Notes under the pieces: generated by a model
The model's input: only the letters and a program-made list of their open reading frames with translations
The model's database searches: none
What the model was told of the DNA's origin: nothing
NCBI GenBank assembly: GCA_964014485.1
Contig: CAXHAT010000122.1
Coordinates: 1-24,256 of the forward strand
Origin: an uncultured Deferribacteres bacterium
GTDB taxonomy: Bacteria > Zhuqueibacterota > Zhuqueibacteria > Zhuqueibacterales > Geothermadaptataceae
Reading direction: 5' to 3'
Length of the DNA: 24,256 nt
Shown here: positions 7,282 through 16,482 of the stretch, piece after piece
How the letters are laid out: each line of letters opens with the position of its first letter
Numbering within the stretch: position 1 is the stretch's first letter
Made by a program: the position numbers and the translations under genes

Positions 7282-10113
7282 ATGAAAGCTGCGCTTTTTA
7301 TCAGAACAGTAACTGTGATGACAGCATTGGCCGTCATGCTTGGCAATGCGCTTGCCGACGAAGCCTTGATCGGCACGGTCACGACGACTGACGGCGCGCC
7401 GCTGGTTGGAGCCAATGTTTTTGTCGTTAACAGCCAGCTCGGCGGCGCCACCGATTCCACCGGCAAATTTGTGATCCCGAATATTGAACCCGGACGGTAT
7501 ACGCTGAGCGTTTCTTATGTCGGGTATGCGACAGCCAAAAAGGCGATCGTCGTTAGCGAAGGGGGAGCCGAAGCGCACTTTGTTCTCGACAGCGACCGGA
7601 TTGCGCTCAATGAAATTGTGATTACCGGCGTGTTTAACCAAGACTCGAAGCTCAATTCCAGCGTAGCGATTTCGACGTTGAGCGCCAAACAAATCGACCA
7701 TCGCAACGCCAGGGGAACCGGCGATTTGCTGGCGGCGGTGCCGGGCAATTTCATCGACATGTCTGCGGGCGAGGTCGGCGCTCAGGTTTATCCGCGCGGC
7801 CTTTCGACCGGCGCGGTGGCCGACATTGGCTTTAAGTACTCCTCGCTCCAGGAAGACGGGCTGCCGCTGATGAGCACGCAATTTCAGTTTGCCGTCATCG
7901 ATATGTTTCATCGCGCCGACGCAACCGTCGCCAGGCTCGAAGCCATCCGCGGCGGCAGCGCTTCGGTTTCCACGGCAAATTCACCGGGCGGTATTTTCAA
8001 TTTCATCTCAAAAGTCGGCACGCCTAAGTTTCGCGGCGCGGCCAAAGTCACCAGCGGAATTCAGGGCGACGGCAATGGCTTGGTGCGCACCGACGTCAAC
8101 CTTGGCGGGCCTCTAACCAATGGCTGGGTCTACAACCTCGGCGGCTTTTTTAGACACGACGAGGGCGCTCGCGATCTGCCTTTTCCCGCCAACCAGGGAG
8201 GGCAATTTAAAGCCAACGTGATGAAGCCTCATGAGCGCGGATTCATCAAGTTTTACGGCAAAGCGCTCAACGATCAGGTGATTTTTTACAAACAGCTCCC
8301 CGTCACTGATTTAGATAATCCGAAAGCTTTTCCAGGATTTGATCTCAACACCAGCACGTTGATTGTCGATGTGGAAAACGATATTCCCAGCGCCGCTGAT
8401 CCCGGCACAACCCGTCACTATGACGCGAGCGACGGCGTGGGCGTGCAAAACTACGGCGGCGGCATACAAATTTTTCACGAATTGGGAAAGGGCTGGCAAC
8501 TGAGCAATAATCTGAAATACGGCTATTTCGAATTTGATCATTTTCAATCATCCGGACACAACCTTCTGCCAATCGTGACCGGGCCCAATCGCATTCATCG
8601 CTTGTCGAATGAGACCTTCAATTCATACACCTATCGCGATGCGGTTACCGGCGAACTGCTGGCGCGGTTCGAAAACGGCGTACCGGCGGCTGAAAACAAA
8701 ATTGGCGACAAAGTCCTGCTGACTCTGGGCAAGACCGTGACCTATGAAGTTCACGACGTGATCGAGCAACTCCGCTTGTCAAAAACAGCAGGCCGCCACG
8801 AACTGACGGCCGGTACGTATTTCGGCTATTCTGACATTCGCAATACGCTCAATCTCGATTTCGTGCTCGGTCGATTCGAACCCAATCCGCGACTAATATC
8901 GCTGACGCATCCCAATCCGTACGCTGATGTCGCCGGGCAGCCGGCGGAACTCGAGTTTACTGATCCCAAAGGTTATTTCGCCTACGGTTTCGGCACTTAC
9001 ACCAACTTTTCCGGCAACTCAAGAATTCAAGCGATTTTCTTGAACGACGTTTGGCAAGTCAACGATAAGCTGAACCTTGATCTCGGCCTGCGATTCGAAT
9101 TCAGCAATCATCAAGGCCGGAAGGAACGGTGGGACACGCCGGCGCAGCGAGATTCGCTCACCGGATTTCCGCTCGGTCAGGACGGCGACCCTGCAACGTT
9201 TTATGATGAATTCTTCAAGCGCGGAACCGACGATTTTTTTGATTATGACTTCGACTACGCCTATTGGTCCGGCTCGCTGGGGCTCAATTATCGGATCGAG
9301 GAAAATCTCGCTTTTTACAGCCGTCTGACGCGCGGCGTGAAAGCCCCGGAGATGACCTATTACATCAACAATTTTGTCAACATCGATTTTGAAAAAGGAT
9401 TTGAGGAAGAGATCATCCAGGGCGAGGCGGGCGTCAAAGTAAATTCCCGCAGACTCTCTTTTTTGCTCACCGGCTTTTACAGTCGTCTGAACAATGTCCC
9501 GTTTCAACAATTGGTGGTGAGCGGCGACATCGGGCAGTTCACCCCGGCCACGTTCAATTCAACGCGCACGATCGGCACTGAAATCGAAGCTGTACTGCGG
9601 CTCAATGATCAACTGAACATCGACTTCATCGCGACCGTTCAGGATCCGAAATTTGTGGATTTCAATTATTACAACATCAACCGCACCGGCGCGAATTTCG
9701 ACGATGACTTCATCGAGGAGTTCGACGGCAACACCATCAACGAAGTGCCAAGGTTCAGCCTGGACGTGACGCCGGTCTATCGCACGGGGAGATGGAGCGG
9801 CTTTTTCAACTGGCGTTACATTGGCGAACGCTACGCCAATCGCCGAAACACGCTCGAGTTTCCGGCTTTTAGCCGGTTTGACGCCGGGCTTTCAGTGCAA
9901 CTTTCCGGCTATGCCACTGTTTCGATGAACGTCATCAACATGTTCAATTCCGCCGGGCTCATGAACCTCGAAGGCGTCGGGCTTCCGGGCACGACCGGCG
10001 AGGACGTCACGCCGCGGTTGATAGAAACCGTGGTTGTCCCGCAAAATCGACCTTATTTTGCGCGACCGATTTTGCCAAGAAGCTTTGCCGTCACACTGTC
10101 TTCGAATTTTTGA
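7282..10113 (+). CDS. TonB-dependent outer-membrane receptor with N-terminal carboxypeptidase-regulatory-like domain
   Basis: Signal peptide from ATG 7282. N-terminal extension GTVTTTDGAPLVGANV...SYVGY. TonB-box-like NEIVITG, plug motifs LQEDGLP and RLEAIRGGSAS, barrel strands, terminal Phe. Substrate not assignable. Confidence 0.93.
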   Translation: MKAALFIRTVTVMTALAVMLGNALADEALIGTVTTTDGAPLVGANVFVVNSQLGGATDSTGKFVIPNIEPGRYTLSVSYVGYATAKKAIVVSEGGAEAHFVLDSDRIALNEIVITGVFNQDSKLNSSVAISTLSAKQIDHRNARGTGDLLAAVPGNFIDMSAGEVGAQVYPRGLSTGAVADIGFKYSSLQEDGLPLMSTQFQFAVIDMFHRADATVARLEAIRGGSASVSTANSPGGIFNFISKVGTPKFRGAAKVTSGIQGDGNGLVRTDVNLGGPLTNGWVYNLGGFFRHDEGARDLPFPANQGGQFKANVMKPHERGFIKFYGKALNDQVIFYKQLPVTDLDNPKAFPGFDLNTSTLIVDVENDIPSAADPGTTRHYDASDGVGVQNYGGGIQIFHELGKGWQLSNNLKYGYFEFDHFQSSGHNLLPIVTGPNRIHRLSNETFNSYTYRDAVTGELLARFENGVPAAENKIGDKVLLTLGKTVTYEVHDVIEQLRLSKTAGRHELTAGTYFGYSDIRNTLNLDFVLGRFEPNPRLISLTHPNPYADVAGQPAELEFTDPKGYFAYGFGTYTNFSGNSRIQAIFLNDVWQVNDKLNLDLGLRFEFSNHQGRKERWDTPAQRDSLTGFPLGQDGDPATFYDEFFKRGTDDFFDYDFDYAYWSGSLGLNYRIEENLAFYSRLTRGVKAPEMTYYINNFVNIDFEKGFEEEIIQGEAGVKVNSRRLSFLLTGFYSRLNNVPFQQLVVSGDIGQFTPATFNSTRTIGTEIEAVLRLNDQLNIDFIATVQDPKFVDFNYYNINRTGANFDDDFIEEFDGNTINEVPRFSLDVTPVYRTGRWSGFFNWRYIGERYANRRNTLEFPAFSRFDAGLSVQLSGYATVSMNVINMFNSAGLMNLEGVGLPGTTGEDVTPRLIETVVVPQNRPYFARPILPRSFAVTLSSNF

Positions 10114-10228
10114 ATGATGCTGAGCGAAAAGTTGCCGAAGAGAGATTTGAAGTTGAAGCCACTCACACATAAAAACCGCAAGCGCGGTTGAATCGTTGAA
10201 CAGTCACCATTTTTTGGAGGTGGTTCTG

Positions 10229-10648
10229 ATGAATGCTTACGAAAAGTTCCGATTCGTCTCGATTGTCGCCCTGCTCTTTCTGGCCGTTGGCGCTTTTGGC
10301 GGCGGCTTTTGGTTGATCGCCGATCCAAGCGGCGCGGCGCTCAAAATTCCGCTTGAACTGCTGGAAAACACGCCGTTCAACAACTACTTGATTCCCGGGA
10401 TTCTGTTGTTTTTCGCAAACGGCGTTTTGAGTCTGGGCATTGCCATCCTGGCCATTAAAAGAGCGAAATACTATCCCCGGCTGATCACGCTGCAAGGCTG
10501 CATTTTGATCGGTTGGTTGATCGTGGAAGCTCTGATGAATACAGAATTCGTGCATCCAGGTTTGCATTATCCGCTGCTTGCGATTGGCGTTTTGCTTATT
10601 GTGTCGAGCTTTTTGGTTGAAAAAGAGAGGTTGATCAATGCTGTTTGA
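10229..10648 (+). CDS. Small ~4-TM membrane protein, paralog 2 (139 aa)
   Basis: GGAGG at 10216..10220 before ATG 10229. About 74/139 residues identical (hand count, ungapped) to 5220..5645. Confidence 0.85.
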   Translation: MNAYEKFRFVSIVALLFLAVGAFGGGFWLIADPSGAALKIPLELLENTPFNNYLIPGILLFFANGVLSLGIAILAIKRAKYYPRLITLQGCILIGWLIVEALMNTEFVHPGLHYPLLAIGVLLIVSSFLVEKERLINAV

Positions 10649-11324
10649 AAACCAACACGAGCTGTCTCTGGCGCCGAAGTGCTTCTTCATGGCCGCCATT
10701 GTTTTGGCCAGCATTTTCGGCGTCTATTTGATGTTTCAAGACGCGGACGGCATGATTCGCTGGCTAAAGCCTTACGCGCTGAACGGCGACTTGGCCCGTC
10801 AGGTTATCTTGATGTTTTGTTTGCTGTTTTATGTTTCGCGGCTGTTTGTCACGGTGTTCGTTTTTTTGAAGCGCAAAATGAGCTGGCCGGAGACGCTGCT
10901 GATTTCCGCTTTGATGTCTTTCGTCCTTTTTTCATTCGCGAGGGTCGGCGGCGGTAGTGAGCAGCCCATTGGAGCCGTCGAAATTTTTGGGTTGTTGCTT
11001 TATCTTTTCGGCTCCTATCTCAACACGTTTTCAGAATATCAGAGATACGTCTGGAAAGCAAAACCGGAAAACAAAGGGCGGCTTTATACGGAAGGTTTGT
11101 TCAAATATTCAATGCACGTCAACTACTTTGGCGACGTTGTGCTTTTCATCGGCTTTGCGCTGATCACGAATCACTTTACGATGTTGATCGTCCCGCTTGC
11201 CATGACGGCGAATTTTGTCCTGTTCGTCATTCCGGCGCTGGACAAATATCTCGCAAATAAGTACGGGCGGGAATTTCAGGAATACGCTGAACAAACGAAG
11301 AAGCTGATTCCGATGGCTTATTGA
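10638..11324 (+). CDS. DUF1295 / steroid-5-alpha-reductase-like (ICMT/PEMT clan) membrane protein
   Basis: Motif SEYQRYVWKAKPENKGRLYTEGLFKYSMHVNYFGD and tail LANKYGREFQEYAEQTKKLIP. Overlaps the upstream stop by 11 nt. Confidence 0.85.
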   Translation: MLFENQHELSLAPKCFFMAAIVLASIFGVYLMFQDADGMIRWLKPYALNGDLARQVILMFCLLFYVSRLFVTVFVFLKRKMSWPETLLISALMSFVLFSFARVGGGSEQPIGAVEIFGLLLYLFGSYLNTFSEYQRYVWKAKPENKGRLYTEGLFKYSMHVNYFGDVVLFIGFALITNHFTMLIVPLAMTANFVLFVIPALDKYLANKYGREFQEYAEQTKKLIPMAY

Positions 11325-11418
11325 CACGACAGCGTTGGAGCGTTCGAAAAGCGACCCAAATGCCGAATGATAAACAACGGCGTTTCCGCTCTCATGTTCG
11401 TCGGGTCTCGGCTGTCCG

Positions 11419-11583
11419 CATTCGCGCCAACTTAAGGTGCGAAGCGCTTAAAAATTCCCATCCGAGGAGGGGTTAGGGGTGGGTTTTTGAGCCTGTTGTC
11501 ATTTCGACAACGTCCGAAACCCACCCCTGCCCCTCCCAAGAGGGGATTCATGCACGCTTTACGCGATTAAGTTGCCGCCGATG
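11419..11583. mobile_element. MITE-like element with IS4-like CAT...CAACTTAA ends enclosing a CCCCTCC/GGAGGGG palindromic core
   Basis: GCATTCGCGCCAACTTAA (11418..11435) and TTAAGTTGCCGCCGATGC (11567..11584) are a 15/18 inverted match. Inner inverted arms at 11453..11486 and 11517..11548. Confidence 0.72.
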
Positions 11584-11639
11584 CTGGCTGCCAGAATCCC
11601 GCGAGCGTGGTGAGCGGGCCGAAAAGAGAGGAACGAACA

Positions 11640-13061
11640 ATGCAAAAGTTAAAGCCGATCAGGGTGTTGCTTGCGGCGTTTCTTTGTCTTCCAGCTTTCG
11701 CGCAAGCGCAGACGATCACTCTGGACGAATTCCTCGCTCAACTCAAACAAAAATATCCGCTGTTTGAAAAAGAACGGTTGGCGATTCAGGTTGAAGAAGA
11801 AGAGCGCACCGGCCTTCTGGGCGCAGAGGACTGGTACATTTTTTCCTCCGTCAATCTCTCCCACGAAGAACCCGCGATTGCTTTCTCCGGCCCGGAAAGA
11901 ACCAACGCCTTTTTGATGAGCGGCGGCGCCGAGCGAGTTTTCTGGAAGACTGGCGGCAGGCTGTCGGCATCGTTCTCTTCCGGCTTCGCCCGCATAAAAA
12001 TCGATCCTCTGTTTGGCGTTCCAAATTCATTTTATCAGAACCAGATTGCGGTCGTCTACGCCCATCCGTTGTTGAAGAACAAGAGAGGTTTTCTTGATCG
12101 GCTTGAATACGATTTGAAGCAGTTTGACGTTGATTTCTCTGAAGTGCAGGCAATAGAAAATCAGGAAAACTTCCTGGCAGAGGTCGCGGGGAAATTTCTG
12201 GATTGGGTTTTCTACTCAGAGCAGAAAAGAATCGTCGCGGAGCGCATCGCGCTGGCGGAAGGCGAATTGGCCAGGGCGCAGCGAAAAAGAGAAGCCAATC
12301 TCATCGACCAGGTTGACGTGATTCGCGCGGCGGACGCCGTTCGCATCGCCCGGCAAAACCAGGTTCTGGTCGAATCGCAGTGGAAGGGATTGCAGGCGGA
12401 ATTGGCTGTTTTGTCTGGCAATCAAGAACTCTACGCCTCAAACCCGGCGTTCAACCTTTACGATTTTCTGGAGATTGGCGCTTTTGAAGAAGCCGCGGAC
12501 CACTTGAAGAAAAATTCCCGGCTGATTCAAACGCTCAACGTGCGCCTGAATCAGTTAGAATTCGCCCGCAAAGGATTTGAAGAAACGCTAAAGCCCGATC
12601 TCTCGCTGGTTGCCCGGCTCAACACAAAAAGGCTGGACGAAGGCTTGGGAAAATCCTGGTTGATGAACAAGCCGGATCTGATCGTGGGCGTGCATTTGAG
12701 CGTGCCGCTGGAAAACCGCACCGCCAATTCTCAAATCGCAAAAGCCGATCTGCAAGCGGCCCAACTCGCGAAGCAATCGGAAGAACTCGCCCTGACCTTG
12801 ACCTCCGCTCTGGCCAATTTGCACATCCAGATTCAGGAATTTGAAAAAGCGCTGAAACTGAATATCGAGCAAATTGCATCGGCGCAGGAAAAAACGCAGG
12901 AAGAATTAAAGCTCTACAATCAGGGTCGCGGCGATTTGACTTTTGTCATCCAAAGTCAGGACAATGAAGAAACCGCAAAATTGACCTACGCCGGCAACGC
13001 CCTGACTTATCACAAGCTGATCCTCGAATATCGCGCATTGATGGATCAGCTTCATGAGTGA
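11640..13061 (+). CDS. TolC-family outer membrane efflux protein
   Basis: Signal peptide ...PAFAQA|QTITLDEFL. Two coiled-coil-rich OEP-like halves, motifs LKPDLSL and GVHLSVPL and YNQGRG. Adjacent to an RND gene. Confidence 0.88.
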   Translation: MQKLKPIRVLLAAFLCLPAFAQAQTITLDEFLAQLKQKYPLFEKERLAIQVEEEERTGLLGAEDWYIFSSVNLSHEEPAIAFSGPERTNAFLMSGGAERVFWKTGGRLSASFSSGFARIKIDPLFGVPNSFYQNQIAVVYAHPLLKNKRGFLDRLEYDLKQFDVDFSEVQAIENQENFLAEVAGKFLDWVFYSEQKRIVAERIALAEGELARAQRKREANLIDQVDVIRAADAVRIARQNQVLVESQWKGLQAELAVLSGNQELYASNPAFNLYDFLEIGAFEEAADHLKKNSRLIQTLNVRLNQLEFARKGFEETLKPDLSLVARLNTKRLDEGLGKSWLMNKPDLIVGVHLSVPLENRTANSQIAKADLQAAQLAKQSEELALTLTSALANLHIQIQEFEKALKLNIEQIASAQEKTQEELKLYNQGRGDLTFVIQSQDNEETAKLTYAGNALTYHKLILEYRALMDQLHE

Positions 13062-13077
13062 ATAAGCGCGAAATTTA

Positions 13078-13309
13078 GAGGCTGTTTTAAAAGTCCCGTA
13101 GGGATGCTTGATAATAGCCAGACGATTTATCGCCTGGAACCGATGGTCTCTTCTGATTTCAAGTCCCGCCAGGGACGATTGAGGCTGGAAACGCGATAGA
13201 ATTTCAACCGTCCCAGACGGGACTCGACAAAAAACAAAACGTCATCTTTCCCGGAAGTGAACTTCCGGGCTACTTTCGACCGTCCCTGCGGGACTTTTAG
13301 AACAGCTTC
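13078..13309. mobile_element. 232-bp MITE-like element with TTA flanks and nested GTCCC-GGGAC palindromes
   Basis: AGAGGCTGTTTTAAAAGTCCCGTAGGGA (13077..13104) and TCCCTGCGGGACTTTTAGAACAGCTTCT (13283..13310) are a 25/28 inverted match. TTA occurs at 13075..13077 and 13310..13312. Four GTCCC-N3/4-GGGA(C) units. Confidence 0.82.
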
Positions 13310-13328
13310 TTAGACTGAGGGCGTGATC

Positions 13329-16300
13329 ATGAAATCAGTTTTCAGATTTTTTGCCGAACGCCACATCCTCGCAACGCTTCTGACCATAATGATCATCCTG
13401 CTCGGGTTAAGCACGCTGCTGGATATCAAGCGCGACATTTACCCGAAAGTGGATTTTGGCATTATGGTGGTGATGACGCAATATCCGGGCGCATCGCCGG
13501 AAGACGTTGAACTCAACGTGACCAACAAAATCGAAGAGGAACTCAAAAGCGTCACCGGCATTGATCGAATCACCTCGATTTCGATGGAAAACGTGTCCGT
13601 CATCAATGTCGTGATCGAACTGGAAGCCAGCGATCAGGACGGAATCAGAACCGACATTCGAGAAGCCGTTGGCCGGGTGACGGACTTTCCGACGGAAGTC
13701 ACCGAATCGCCGTGGATCAATGAAATCAGCTCCACCGACATGCCGATCATCGAGGTCGGACTCACCGGCGACGTTTCGTACAAAGAATTGCGAGAGCTTG
13801 CCCGTCTTTTCGAAAAAAAATTAAAGAACGTCTCCGGCGTCTCACGCTTGGAAAAGGTCGGTTATCGCGCGCGGGAAATAAAAGTCGAAATTTCGCCCAA
13901 GGCGATGCAGGAATATCAAATTCCCCTGCGAGAAATCATCGCCGCGGTCAAAAGCCGCAATATTCGCGGGACGACAGGCTCTTTCGAATCTTACACCAGC
14001 GAAAAAGACCTGGTCACGCTGGCGCAATTTCGCAATCCCTACGAAGTGGGCAACGTCATCGTCCGCTCCACTTTTGAAGGGCCGCTCATCAAAGTCAAAG
14101 ACCTCGCCATCGTGCGTGATGATTTTGAAGATGAACGCGTTCTGTCGCGCATGAACGGGCGCGGCGCGATCTCGTTTGTGGTTTTTTCGAGCGAAAACGC
14201 GGACGTCATTCGCACCTGCGACGCCGTCAAGGAGTTGATCGCGAAAGAACGCGAAAATTTGCCGGAAAACGTTGAAATCCTCTTTTCAAACGACACGTCT
14301 CGCGGCGTGCGCAACAGCTTTGAAGTCGTTCTTTCCAACGGACTGATCGGCCTTGTTCTCATGCTCGTTCTGCTGCCGATTTTTCTCGGCCTGCGCACTT
14401 CTTTTTGGGTGGCCATCGGCGTTCCCGTCGCCTTGCTGGGCACGATTTTTCTCCTGCCGTTGTTCGGTTCCTATCTCGACACGATCACCCTTTCCGGAAT
14501 GATTCTCGTCATTGGCATTATCGTCGACGATGCGATTATCATTGCTGAAAACATCACGCATCGCTACGAAGAAGGCGATGAACCTTTGGAAGCGGCGGTT
14601 CGAGGAATTCACGAGGTTTTTCGCCCGGTCATCACCACAATTCTCACGACGTTCCTTGTCTTCGCCCCGATGTTTTTCATGCCGGGCATTTTCGGCAAGT
14701 TCATTATTCCGATTCCTTTGGCCATCACTCTGGCGCTGTTTATTTCTCTTTTCGAAGCGACGGTCGCGCTGCCGGCGCATTTGAAGCAGGGCTTGCAGAA
14801 TCGCTCGAAAACGACCGATCGCCACAGTTGGTTCGACGTTTTGCGAAGAGGCTACCAAAAAACGGCTTTTCATCTTCTCAGGTTCAGATATCTCCTCGTC
14901 CCGGTGTTTGTCTTCACGCTGGCTGGCGCGCTCTGGTACGCCGGAAATTATATGAAATTCATCCTCTTCCCGTCCGAGATGGCGGATCATTTTTATATCC
15001 GAACCGAGCTGCCAATCGGCACGCCCTTGCGCGCGACTTCAGACAAGACAAAAGATATTGAAGAATTGCTGGCAACGCTGCCCGAAGAAGAATTGGCTTC
15101 GTTTACGACACAGGTCGGAACCAACCCGTTTATCAACGCCAAGAGCGAAAACTATGCTTACATCTCGGTAAACCTGACGCCTTTCAACGAGCGTTCCAGA
15201 ACGGCGGATGAAATCGTCGAAGACCTGAGGCAAAAGTCCGACAAGTTGGAAGAGCATGGTGAAATCATTTATCTCATCGAAACGGGCGGTCCGCCGGTCG
15301 GCAAGCCCGTGAGTCTGCGCATCGTTGGTTCAAACGACAAACTCAGAACGCAATTGGCGGATTCGGTTGAAGCGTTTCTGACGGCAATGACGGGGGTGAA
15401 AGACGTGAGCCGGGATGACGTCGCGGGGAAAGACCAGGTTGTCATCAAAATCAAGTACGACAAGCTCGCCCGCCTGGGACTGACCGTGGCTGACGTCGCC
15501 CAAAACGTTCGCATCGCCTACGACGGCGAAGTCGTGACGAGCGTGCGCTACGGCGACGAAGACGTTGATTTCAGAATCATGCTGCAAGAACGGGCGCGGA
15601 GAAGATTGAGATATTTGCAGGAATTGCTCATTCCAAATCGTCGCGGGCGGCTGATTCCGCTGCAAGAAATCGCCAGTTTGCAGGCAAGCCCGGGGCATTC
15701 TGATTACCGCCATTACGACGGTGAAAGAGCCGTCACGGTTGAAGCCGACCTCGATCAGGAAGTGACGACGACGTTGGAAGTGACCCAGGCCCTTCTCAAT
15801 CATTTCGATCTGGATCGGGATTGGCCGGGCATGCAGTTTACCAAGGGCGGCGAGGCCGTCGAAACGGAGGAGTCGCTGGCGGGGCTTTTTCGCACCCTCA
15901 TTATCGCTGTGATCGCGATTTATTTTCTGCTCGTTCTCCTGTTCAATTCAATGCTCCAGCCCTTTTTGGTGATGGCGGCCATTCCCTTCGGCATGACGGG
16001 CGTCGTCATTGCGTTTTGGCTGCACGGAGAGCCGTTCAGTTTCGTGGCGATTAGTGGAAGCATCGGGCTTTGCGGCGTTGTGGTGAACGATTCCCTTGTC
16101 CTGGTTAACCATCTCAACGACTTGCGCCAACAAAGGCCGGACGCGACCCTGCTGGACATCGTTTCTGAAGCCGCCGCCAACCGTCTGCGGGCGATTGTTT
16201 TGACAACGCTGACGACCGTGGCGGCGCTGCTGCCCCTGGCTTACGGTCTTGGCGGAACCGCGCCGTTCATGGCCCCGATGGCGCTGGCTCTGGGCTGGGG

Positions 16301-16436
16301 GCTGGTGTTCGCCACGCCGCTAACCCTGGTTCTCGTACCTTGTCTCTACATGATTGGGCACGATGTTAAAAAGATATTTCGAAGAAAAGAAAAGCGTCCG
16401 TTCGAGCCGCCGGCCGAAACGGCGCTGGTCAAATAG
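13329..16436 (+). CDS. RND (AcrB/AcrD/AcrF superfamily) efflux permease
   Basis: About 1035 aa with motifs YPGASPEDVE, TM4 GIIVDDAIIIAEN, GVVVNDSLVLV, RLRAIVLTTLTT and LTLVLVPCLY. Start is GTG 13323 or ATG 13329. Confidence 0.95.
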   Translation: MKSVFRFFAERHILATLLTIMIILLGLSTLLDIKRDIYPKVDFGIMVVMTQYPGASPEDVELNVTNKIEEELKSVTGIDRITSISMENVSVINVVIELEASDQDGIRTDIREAVGRVTDFPTEVTESPWINEISSTDMPIIEVGLTGDVSYKELRELARLFEKKLKNVSGVSRLEKVGYRAREIKVEISPKAMQEYQIPLREIIAAVKSRNIRGTTGSFESYTSEKDLVTLAQFRNPYEVGNVIVRSTFEGPLIKVKDLAIVRDDFEDERVLSRMNGRGAISFVVFSSENADVIRTCDAVKELIAKERENLPENVEILFSNDTSRGVRNSFEVVLSNGLIGLVLMLVLLPIFLGLRTSFWVAIGVPVALLGTIFLLPLFGSYLDTITLSGMILVIGIIVDDAIIIAENITHRYEEGDEPLEAAVRGIHEVFRPVITTILTTFLVFAPMFFMPGIFGKFIIPIPLAITLALFISLFEATVALPAHLKQGLQNRSKTTDRHSWFDVLRRGYQKTAFHLLRFRYLLVPVFVFTLAGALWYAGNYMKFILFPSEMADHFYIRTELPIGTPLRATSDKTKDIEELLATLPEEELASFTTQVGTNPFINAKSENYAYISVNLTPFNERSRTADEIVEDLRQKSDKLEEHGEIIYLIETGGPPVGKPVSLRIVGSNDKLRTQLADSVEAFLTAMTGVKDVSRDDVAGKDQVVIKIKYDKLARLGLTVADVAQNVRIAYDGEVVTSVRYGDEDVDFRIMLQERARRRLRYLQELLIPNRRGRLIPLQEIASLQASPGHSDYRHYDGERAVTVEADLDQEVTTTLEVTQALLNHFDLDRDWPGMQFTKGGEAVETEESLAGLFRTLIIAVIAIYFLLVLLFNSMLQPFLVMAAIPFGMTGVVIAFWLHGEPFSFVAISGSIGLCGVVVNDSLVLVNHLNDLRQQRPDATLLDIVSEAAANRLRAIVLTTLTTVAALLPLAYGLGGTAPFMAPMALALGWGLVFATPLTLVLVPCLYMIGHDVKKIFRRKEKRPFEPPAETALVK

Positions 16437-16482
16437 CAGCTCTTTTCAATTAAACGGACAAAGCTTGCCAAAGGAGGTCGTC

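Noticed and set aside
5744..7911. Long antisense ORFs (5744..6664, 7225..7911, and similar ones at 14286..14990 and 18954..19592)
   Set aside because: They shadow well-supported + strand genes and show no recognisable motifs.
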